A stretch of 63,150 bases of DNA, the filler included, from Choristocarpus tenellus KU-1152 (taxonomy: Eukaryota > Protista > Phaeophyceae): NCBI GenBank assembly GCA_964200185.2. It is 12 parts of 12 records of this genome, joined end to end, with 100 filler letters (N's around TTAATTAATTAA, not from the genome) between each part and the next. Parts side by side here need not be neighbours in the genome. Positions count along the whole stretch, not along the records: positions 52,107 to 55,348 come from CAXNAD020021317.1; positions 55,449 to 58,342 come from CAXNAD020023845.1; positions 58,443 to 63,150 come from CAXNAD020013382.1; 9 more parts are not named here. One strand, 5' to 3'. Position numbers and translations under genes: made by a program. A model generated the notes under the pieces. The model ran no database searches and was not told where the DNA came from. It saw nothing but the letters and a program-made list of their open reading frames with translations. Below, one piece after another: positions 53,400 to 63,150 of this stretch; within the stretch, counting starts at the first letter, position 1, and the number at the start of each line of letters is the position of its first letter.

Positions 53400-55128
53400 C
53401 CCTTCCTCTTCATCCTCTCCACTCTCCGAGCCCGCCCTGCTGCGTTCCTCTCTCTCCCCATCACCCTCTGAATCTGTCACAATCAAAGGCACAACAAAAA
53501 TAACAAACAAGTAAAAGAACGACAAACCAATCACTGAAGTACACCTTCGTTCTACCTAAATATAAATATATATATATATATATATTCAAATTAGCATCAA
53601 AATAATAAACTAATAATACTGTTATTATTACTATCATCATCATTATTATAATTATCACTACTACATTTTAACAAACTCTTCGAGACCAATCCAGTTGGTT
53701 GGGGGTGACGAATGCATGACCAACATCATGAACGACCCTTCAAAAACCTAGTCACCCACGGCACCCACAAAGAACAAAGCTTGCTCATAATTCTACTAAG
53801 GAACAAAAAAAAGATGACATGACATGACATGACATGACACGACACGACACGACATGTATCACACCCAACTACTCTCCGGTCAAGGTGCATTCACTACCTG
53901 TACCATACCACACAATGCACTTGTCACTTCAAGTTCACACCATACTCAACCACTGCCAGCAAAGGATCAAGTGCAACATATTGGGGCCGAGCATGCTCTT
54001 TCTTACAGGGGTACAGTGGAGTCGACCAGTTGAATAGCCATTAAGGAGAGTGTATCAAAATATGGTGATAACCCTGTAATCCTCCTTTCACATATAAATC
54101 CACCGGTCTCTCTAGGTCTTCAAGAGAGCGATTCTCCACAAAAAAAAATCCAAACAGAAAAATAAAATAAAATAAAATAAATGTAGACAGTGAAACAAAT
54201 ACAAACGAACAAACACACCTCGTCGTCTGTAAAAGGTTAAATGTACATTAGACAAGGTTAGACAAACACACCTCGTCGTCTGTAAAAGGTTAAATATACA
54301 TTAGACAAGGTTAGACAAACACACCTCGTCGTCTGTAAAAGGTTAAATATACATTAGACAAGGTTAGACAAACACACCTCGTTGTCTGTAAAAGGTTAAA
54401 TATACATTGGACAAGGTTAAACAAACACATACTTGATTGTGGATGGTGGCAAAGATGAACTGTCCCAGCCAATGATAGCACTCGAAAGACTCAACCAAGA
54501 AAGACAGGCTGAGGTGGGAATAAAATATGTGCTATGTGGGGGGTGGGGGTGGGGGGGAAGCAGAGGTCAATACAACAGTGGAGATGCTGTGAGGGAGGGC
54601 TTCATGCGTAAAACTGTACATAATAAATAGATTTCTCCGACGAAGATCCAATGCATTGAAAATAATGTATAATCTTGCAGCAATATATATATATATATAT
54701 ATTATAGTGCTCTGTGAGGATGATCCACCAGTCAGTGACTGTCCAATCTACCCTCAACCTTCTCAAACAATAGATACTACTGAGAGTCACGTGAAGTGCA
54801 TACAACTCTACTCAAACCGCAAGGCAATCCAGACCTTAGTTTTCTCAGTTAACCCTCCAGCCCTTCCCCCTTACTGATAGTGCAGTTACAATTTTCAAAT
54901 TACTAGTACAAAAAAAGTTAGTTTGGGGGTAGTCAACAACAATTCAGATTTCCACTATTTATGGTTCCACCTTTTCCAAGAACATCATCCTCACATGCAC
55001 CCCTCGCACATAACAAAAAAATAACAATATAAAATATAAAAAAAGTTCGCTGCTCACCAGATCCAGAATCTCGATCATCTTCTTCCTCCTCCCCATCCTC
55101 ACCATCCTCCTCCTCCCCCACCCTTCAA
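53400..55128 (-). CDS. Putative short exons and microexons of an acidic low-complexity protein
   Basis: AG/GT-bounded acidic segments at 55058-~55122 (GEEEDGEDGEEEEDDRDSGS) and 53400-53473 (SEGDGEREERSRAGSESGEDEEEG), with 8-nt microexon candidates between them. Confidence 0.4.
54209..54429 (-). repeat. 53-bp tandem repeat x4, each unit containing splice acceptor, 8-nt exon and donor motifs
   Basis: Minus-strand unit GTGTGTTTGTCTAACCTTGTCTAATGTATATTTAACCTTTTACAG-ACGACGAG; copies nearly identical. Confidence 0.92.
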
Positions 55129-55448
55129 CTGTAAAACAAAATACATTAGACAAGCCGACACAATCTCTCTCCCCACTCTCCGCTACACCTCAAGACCCAC
55201 CCCATTCACTTCACTTTACTGCCTGTGCATATCCTAGCAACTGCTTGTCCAGTATGGACGAGAAAATCCCCCACCCACCCGCCGCCGCGCACGACGCACC
55301 CGCCGCCGAACGCCCCCGCCAGCCCACCCCCCCCCCCCGCCACCCCCCNNNNNNNNNNNNNNNNNNNNNNNNNNNNNNNNNNNNNNNNNNNNTTAATTAA
55401 TTAANNNNNNNNNNNNNNNNNNNNNNNNNNNNNNNNNNNNNNNNNNNN

Positions 55449-56514
55449 CCACTCCGTAATAAAGGTGCCCAGCACCCGTGTGCCATGACGGTGTGCAGTA
55501 TCTATCCACCCAGCAGGGGGAATGGTCACCAGCGAATGACTGTGCACCGTATTGGAGGATTGCAAGCATACGAAGAACAGTAATACCCGTCAAGGAGAGT
55601 ATTGAGGTGGCATTTGTGTCCCGTATAGAAACGCGCGACAGGAACAAGTGAGAAGGTGCAACCCACAGTAGGGTTGGTGGTAGGTGTAGAGTGGGACCAG
55701 AATGCTCTCCTACCCTCACTTACCTGAAATATACGAAAATGTCCACTATACCCCAGTCAAACAAGCGGTACGCGCGATCATAGTCCCCGCCTTGCACGTG
55801 CCTGTCCTCCCCGTACCCCCCCGCCAAATCGTGGCAGACGAGGAGTCGACTTTGGTGGGGGGGGAATGCGGGAGGGTGGAAGGATTCTCGACGGGGAGCG
55901 AACCCCTGGCCCACCATTGGTTTAACGTACGTTAGCAGTTCCTCGACGCTGTTTAAGGGCATAATATCCGGGGCTTTGGAAGAGGCATCCATATTGCCTA
56001 AATTCGTTTGTTTACCCCTCGTTTGTTGCTTAAACGTACAAGTTGCTTCAGAACCTGGTATGTCTCGTCCACTGGATGAAAGGTGGCCACTTGGCCTACA
56101 TCAAGGACACACGAGAAATGAAACGCGCAACAAAATAACAATCTTGCTTGTGTTGGCTTGGCATACGCCATCTTGCAATCCCATCAGTCGAAACCTGTTG
56201 GGTGGATGCATTTGACGATTTTCCTGTACCAACATCGGGTAGCAAGAATACTCGACCGTGCAACTAGAAAAGAAGTGCCGTGTTTCACCCTGATCAATTC
56301 AAACTTACCCTTCCAATGATCTGCTGCTGGCCCGATCCTGGATTGCCCTGAGGATCGCATCCTGCTCATCATTCCCGGACCAAATCCCTATCAGAATATT
56401 CCTCAACCAGGTTATCCTGCCCTCGAAAAGATACCATACTCCTGTAACAAGGAGAAGGGATAGCGCAGCAACCTCTCCCCATGAGTAGGAGTGCTCAACC
56501 ACTCCTAAGCTCAT
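55449..56514 (-). CDS. ENGASE: Endo-beta-N-acetylglucosaminidase (GH85), 5' part
   Basis: LLVCHDLAGGYGED...DIFVYFS|HSLVTIPPAGWIDTAHRHGTRVLGTFITEW. Exons 55724-56071 (or starting at ATG 55992) and 55449-55539; the upstream exon 56309-56514 joins in phase. Confidence 0.9.
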
Positions 56515-58442
56515 GTTTTGTTCGAGTTTTCTGTTCAGATGTAAACTCAAGTTGGAAGGTTGAGTATGTAAGAGAGCCAGTGCAGGCAAATCAAGTGTAG
56601 AAGCAAGAGAGCCGCATTGTGGAAACGGCAAAGTAACATGTATTGGGTGTCTCCCCAACAATTCTTGTTGTCCATTAATCTTGGCATATAGAGTAGTATT
56701 AATACAACTAATACTAAAGGTAGCTCATGGTGAGGCGAGCACCATACCTGCATCAGTAGTCTACCTTGCCCACCCTTAGGGCAAAGGGTTATGGTTGCCC
56801 CTTTACCGACAGGAGACAAGGGGATATTCTCTTCTATCACTTGAGCTTGAAGATCTGCTGCTATACGGTTGTATGACATGAGCACTCCACCAGAGATCCA
56901 ATATCGAAGCTTCGCTTCCTTCACCACAAATTACTTATTCATTGTATTGGATCTCACATAAGGAACTCACCGATTAGATACTGTCCCAAAAAAGATGCCT
57001 CTGTTGTCAAAACTGGCAACTGTTTCAACAGGTGACAGTGCACAAATGACAACTCCAATTATTTGCTGAGTCAGTTGCACCCATCAACGTTGATTGACTA
57101 CCTAGTATGTTGATGTTTGGGAAGTTTGCATAGCAAGGAGGACAGGAGAACTTGTAGATATTCCTACAAGATTTCCGGTTGGGGGATGAAGCTCATGGGC
57201 CACTAGAAATGGTACAAGGGCGTGGTTGATAGGACAACGAGTTTCTTATTGGCAGCATAGCATTCCAAGGAGCCAGTGTGTTTGAACTTGGATATTCACA
57301 TATATTTCATGTATATATACTTACGACCAGTAAGCGTAATAGTGGGGGGAGACATGCACACCAAAAACCCTCGTGATCTATCCTCAAAATGGCACAAACT
57401 AGGTCATCTAGTCCAGGTGAAGCAACGCATTGATGCATAGATATGTCCAAGAGCAGATTGGAGGGAGTTCAAATGTTTAATTCAGGACATCGATTTTTTT
57501 TTTTAGGGATTTCTGATAGCACATTTATTTTGTAGTAAGGAGTAGTTGATTGCTTCGAATTCCACATGCAAAGTAATATTTTCTATATAAGGTTTCTATA
57601 CAAGTCGGACATTTCCAATCCAATTTGTAGGGTGCAAGTCAATTTCCAACAAATCTATTGCCTCTATTGTCACAAATCTGAGTTATGCATGTTGGGGCAC
57701 ATCCTCGCAAATCAAATATTAGGAATTGACTCCTTCAATTATGAATCCCAAATCATTTGTATCAATCAATTTCTGATAGTGTCATGGGACAAGTCTTCCA
57801 ACAACAATGGTGAATTGTTGGCGACTCAACAGACCGATTATTTGTACCAAGTTGTGCTCATAAGCACAAATACTTAACAGTAATTATAGGGGAGGGCATT
57901 CAACTCAACGTGCTCATATGGAGGAATCATTTGCACAAGTTTCATTGATAAAGATTAGTAATGGCAGAAATACTTACACACTTTTCACAGGAGAGTGTTA
58001 AGAAAAGCATTTGTACACGTTCCGCAGAGGATTAGTCATTGTTATTTTTTTGCGTATTGTTTGCGAGGAATCAGTACACGTGGCAAGACTAATTTTCTCA
58101 ACTTGAAAAGTAGAGCGTAACGAACCCAGGAACACGATACACAAGAAACCTCATGTTACCCAGCATACTACATGCTAGGACTTCTAAAACGTCCTCGATT
58201 GAAAAGAGGGGTAATAATATTCTTAGATAACTGACTACTATTAATACAGAACAGCAAGGAGTATATATTTACAAACAGTAGTAGTAAACAAAGTTTTGTA
58301 CCCGATTCCTTTTCCCTAATAAAGACCCAAAGTATCTGGGGGNNNNNNNNNNNNNNNNNNNNNNNNNNNNNNNNNNNNNNNNNNNNTTAATTAATTAANN
58401 NNNNNNNNNNNNNNNNNNNNNNNNNNNNNNNNNNNNNNNNNN

Positions 58443-58605
58443 CGGTGATTCTCTTCGTCACCCTTGCCTGAGTGAACCACGCCGCCACAGAATCTCACGA
58501 TTCACACATACGTCGAATGGGTAATGTAAGTGCACTTTTCCTGGTTCTGGGCCAAATGGACACCTTGGTGTAGACCACCCCCCGCCCCCCCAGATACTTT
58601 AGGTC
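58443..58605 (-). mobile_element. Terminus of TIR family C (GACCCAAAGTATCTGGGGGG...)
   Basis: Same terminus at 37305-37324, 58324-58342 and 63036-63150; shares AAAGTATCT and GTCCATTTGG with MITE family A. Confidence 0.7.
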
Positions 58606-59820
58606 ACACTTGTTGAGGAAAATTTAATTGAAAATTCAAACCATGCGTTTTATTGTTTTGTAGGTAAAGTGGGACCACCAGCTTATTCCTCTGGAGCAAT
58701 CTTTCTTTTTTTCACTGTATTGCTACAAGAAGTATACGACTATATATATATATCAAATGAAAGCTTATGACAGAAGGTGTGAACGATTTGTAAGCCGGAT
58801 CTACTATCTTCAGTGAACGGGACCTATGCCCCGATCAAAGAATGGAAAAAACGCAGGGGAGCATCTCCGGCGCAATTTTGATGGTGACAACTTCAAAAGG
58901 TACAACAATGAAGTGGTTGACTGAATTCCCCTCAAAAACACTGATCCGGGGTAGGCTGCTTTCCAAATACAATGCTTGAGGCAATACCGAAAAAAAAGAA
59001 GCAAGATTTGCAGACATCGTTTTATAGTATTTTTCACATTTATGATATTTTAATTTCTTCAGGGCTAATACTGACATATGTATAGTTTTCATTTCTTTCC
59101 CCCCTGACACATCTGTAAAATATCAGATGTGGAAAGTATGGCTGTCTGTTGTTATACCGTTATTGCCGTATGATATATACCGTTATGCCATTGTACCGAT
59201 TGAGGTTCCTTGTCAACCATCCATGATTCCACTGGTGGACCTTCCGTCAGAATGAAACCATGGAATCTCTTCACGAGACCAATCCCACAGACTCGGGACA
59301 GCTCGTCATTCAGAGTTGTCTCACAATAGAAGATCCACTTTGTTCTCACGTCTTGACTTGTAGTCATGAAGCTCATCTTTGAAGATGCTCATGACTCCTC
59401 GTTTTTGTACTTGTCCAACCTTAACCTTGTACCCTAGGTCACAGTTTGTCTTTGTTCGTCTGGTCCATCTTGCCCGGTGATTCTCCACGCCACCCTTGCC
59501 TGAGTGAACCACACTGCCACAGAAGAATCACACGATTCACATTGGCAACAATGGTGACCTCAGAAATAGGGTGACGGGGAATTTTTTCGTTTGCCCACGG
59601 ACGAAAGATGCCGAACTCAAGATTGAGGCATAAACGTTGTACACAGGAGCGCCTGGCTCCACATCTAGAACCATCCAGAACGTCAGAGGAAGATGTCCAA
59701 GATCATCAGGCTCATGCCAGACCCGTGTCGTCGACCCTTGAGCATCGTGTTAGCTCGGGCGACCGAGACACTCGTTGGGTCCTCTTTCAGGAAGAACCGG
59801 TCCCGCCTCCAAGTTGTACT

Positions 59821-60077
59821 GAGTGAAAGTATCTTAGAGGGTACGATTTTTTCCCTGTTTGTCCGTTTGGGACTTGGCTTCCCATGGGTTTATAATGACA
59901 TTTTACCTACTCCGAAATGTTTTGGGAGTAGGTAAAATGTCTACACTATGAAAGGTGTCTGGAACAAGGATATTGACACTTCCTAACAAACACAATAGTC
60001 AAAATTACATCAAAATCTCAACGTTGAATTTTGGCCCCCAAACGGACACAGCTCTACCCTCTAAGATAATTTGACTC
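59821..60077 (+). mobile_element. MITE family A, copy
   Basis: Full length; flanks do not form a TSD (TACT/TTAA). Confidence 0.9.
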
Positions 60078-61222
60078 TTAACAGGATAATTTGTATGATC
60101 CTAGGATCGTGGATAAAGTGGCTGTGAGATCGATGTTTCTTTTTGTTGCTCAACTGCAAATTTCGAAATATTCTTTTCCGGCCCCTTGCTTTTGGAAAGG
60201 GTGCATTGACTGATACACGAGGAAGGGCAGGGGATCTAACAGGATGCAAAGATGATGAGCGAGAAAACGATTGTCTTTTACCCCAACTGATACCCCGTGA
60301 GTGTTGACATATTTGGTGGGTGAAGCATTCCGTAACCCTTTTGAAATAATCATAGAAAGCCGCTGCACCTGAACAGAATTTGGTTTCCACCGAATCTTTG
60401 AAGCAGCTTTGATTTTCAGCTGTATCTTCACGTTGTTTTTGTCCTGATTACATTGTAGTGGTACTGGACACAGCATGGATTGAGTCTTATGCATGGGGAG
60501 CCACTTCTCATTATTTGTGATGCCTTGTGTTTCAAAGATCTACCCTAACAAAATGGCCGAATGATTGCAGGTCACTGTAGAATCGGAAGAGTAGAATCGG
60601 AAGAGGCAAATGCAGCTGCAGTAGATACAGAGGCGTAGTGGACTGAGTCCGTCATGCGTTATGATTTGCGAAAGTGACTTGAATTTTGTTTTTACCTTGT
60701 GGTGGAATGACGTCTTCACAGATTATGTTATGATGCTGGCGCGTAAGGATTACAGAGGGACAACCTCAACGCCTGACCTGACGCAGATAGGTGGATTGTG
60801 TCGAGAGAGCTGCGGACTGTAGAACATTTTTGGTGCTTGATTGGCAAGTTGAGATATGGCAGAGTGTAGATATGACCCTTTGTTCCAACCTCTCTTAATG
60901 GGAGTTTAGCATTTGTCCTTGTATCGCTGTGGAGAGAGTCACAGTTGCTATTATTATCATTTGGTGTTCTTTACAGTGTCGAATTGCAGACAGAAATTCT
61001 CGGAAAATGTACGGTAATACAGCCAGCATCAGTTGAGACTGTTAATCATTTACTGATTTCAAGCGATAAGGTTTTCAGACAATCAGGTGACTACTCATTG
61101 CATATTTTGTGCAGTGCATGAAAAAGTTACAATCAGGAGGGTATGGGACTGACCTATAGGAGTACGTTGATGAAAACGGGGAGTCTTTTTTGGTTAGTTG
61201 CGATGTAATAATTTCAGAGGTT

Positions 61223-61481
61223 GAGTGAAAGTATCTTAGAGGGTACGAGTTTTTCCCTGTTTGTCCATTTGGGGCTTGGCTTCCCATGGGTATTTTTATG
61301 ACATTTTCCTACTCCAAAATGTTTCGGAGTAAGTAAAACGTTTATGTTATGAAAAGGTGTGCCCGAAAGATAGATATTAACACTTACTAACAAACATAAT
61401 CGCCAAAATTACATCGAAATCGCAACATTGAATTTTGACGCCCAAATGGACGCGGCTCTACCCTCCAAGATACTTTGACTC
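61223..61481 (+). mobile_element. MITE family A, copy
   Basis: Full length; flanks GGTT/GGTT. Confidence 0.92.
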
Positions 61482-63035
61482 GGTTGTCACCAATTTGCCA
61501 GAGGATTTCTGAATTTTGCCCTAGAAGTACAAGAGCTTTTGGGGGGTGATTTTTTCATGGTTCGTTGGTCTGTATTTATTGCGAAACTTGCCATTGATTT
61601 GGCATTGTATTTACTGATAACAACCCACAAGAAAGGCGCTCTGTGGGGGAAGATTTTTTTTTCAAGTTTGCTTTGGTTTTGTTTGTGAGTGCTGTGTGCA
61701 ATAATACATATTCTAGTTTATTGTTTCATGTGGAGAACACAAGAACCCTGGACGTGAATCAATTGGCAGGGGGAAAGGGGAGAAGCTCAAGAGGGCGGTA
61801 TGATGGTATTAGGCAGCAGATTTCTCTGGAGCTCTTGGGTTTGGGAATCTGACAAAGAGAAGAGGGGTGGCAGAATGGAAAACCCTCCTCTTCTACTGCT
61901 CCGTCCACAATTAATTGGAGGATTTGTAGTTCGCAAATTATTGATCAAATGTTTTGATAGAACTTGCACCGTTGTTGATGTTTATGAAATGAAAAGGACA
62001 AGGGTGCAACAGAAGGTTATCTATTCATGTAGTCCTGAGTAGAAAGAAGGGACGATGAAGGAATATATTAACTCTTTGGTTGCAAATATTGTAGTAAGAG
62101 TGATCGTCTATAACCCTAACCCTTTACAGATGTCGAAATTCGATACAACATTAATGTTTTAGAATTATTAGCCTCAAGCACAACATCGAGAGAATGGTCT
62201 GTTTGCATTACAACCTCAAGTAAATCAGTTAAGAGTAGATACTGTATGTACTGGAGTGCATATCAAGATGGTCCATTTTCCTCCCTCTTGCCATTCAACA
62301 GGTCTGTAATGTCTACAAAAACATAAAAAAAGCACAGGGTCTTTTGAGCCCAGAGTCGGTCATTGAACCCATAGTGAGATTCCTAGAAATCGCATTTCTT
62401 TGATTGTTGAGTTCTGCGAGAAGGAACTGAAACGGAATTTTCTCATGCATAGCGTAGTCTATCACTGGTGGGGAGCTTGTTGAAATGAGTCTTAATCTCA
62501 CGCCGTGTCATGTGTGTGCGTGTGCGCTCTGTGAGGATTTTAAGGTGTGTTACAGCCCAATCACTCGATGATGATGATAATGCCCTGTTGGCTTGTTTGT
62601 TGTAACCCCTTACGTTATGTGTAAACCTCTGTTAATTTCTGTACCAGTACTTCTACTTACACGATTTACAACCGTTGCTACAACAGAAATATATGACGGT
62701 AAGGAGGCGTCACGTTGAGGACCAACACTCCCTATTATGAAAATGACTGATGATCGATGCTTTCTGCACTTAATCAACGATTTATTTCACAAAGATAAAC
62801 GAATGAATGCTTATAGTAGTGATTGTAGTAGTAGTTGTAGTAGTAAGAGAAATTATTGCTGAAGGGGTGCACAAGGTAAAAGCAAATGTTGTCAACTGTG
62901 CTGATACAACTCAAGGGTACTCACAACACAACAAGAAGGGCAACAAACATTGCCCCCTCGAACAATTCCGGAAGCATTGATGGTGCTTGAAACATGGACT
63001 GTACGAGGAGGTAGACAGAAATAGAAAACAATTAT

Positions 63036-63150
63036 GACCCAATGTATCTGGGGGGGGGGGGGGGGGGGGGGGGTCTAAACCAGGGGGCATATTTGGACAA
63101 AAACGGGAAAAAGGGGATTTAGGTTAAAGAGCGGAAAAGCGGAGGGGGGG
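63036..63150 (+). mobile_element. TIR family C left end
   Basis: GACCCAATGTATCT-polyG-TCTAAACCAGGGGGCATATTTGG matches the reverse complement of 58530-58605. Confidence 0.65.

Noticed and set aside
16506-54429. Tandem arrays (16506, 21630, 26620, 35414, 54209) as CRISPR-like
   Set aside because: Whole units are repeated with no unique spacers; no cas genes; eukaryotic context
57120-57280. Possible LINE 3' remnant (KWYKGVVDRTTSFLL)
   Set aside because: Too short and degenerate to support
7379-58442. Recurrent TTAATTAATTAA palindrome within N runs
   Set aside because: Artificial six-frame-stop linker; not biological
1-63150. Apparent clustering of AP1M1, ACTR10, UBA3, EIF2S3 and ENGASE
   Set aside because: They lie on separate concatenated contigs; AP1M1 is cut mid-exon and followed by an unrelated gene start, so adjacency is not real

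Overview
Eukaryotic nuclear DNA, most likely an ochrophyte and probably a brown alga. This is inferred from long GT-AG introns, a signal-peptide + Phe plastid-targeting presequence and TTAGGG-type repeats. The window is not one locus: it is 12 separate contigs joined by 11 artificial 100-bp spacers (N44-TTAATTAATTAA-N44). Manual splicing recovers two apparently complete genes (a type II membrane SGNH-hydrolase-like protein and a small plastid-targeted protein of unknown function). It also recovers five partial conserved genes: AP-1 mu subunit, Arp10/ACTR10, UBA3, eIF2-gamma (with a GC-AG intron) and a GH85 ENGase with a putative N-terminal membrane anchor. Much of the rest is decayed transposon sequence: two full-length Tc1/mariner relics with TIRs, a Copia RNase H fragment plus LTR, a Gypsy-type protease element with an internal repeat array, and several ~255-bp MITE families with GAG...CTC ends. 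The most unusual observations are (i) a 53-bp tandem repeat whose every unit reads as branch point-acceptor-8-nt microexon-donor, (ii) homologous LTR ends attached to both a Copia and a Gypsy-protease element, and (iii) a strong CpG-decay signature in the repeats. Gene models were spliced by eye without transcript data, and no database searches were run.
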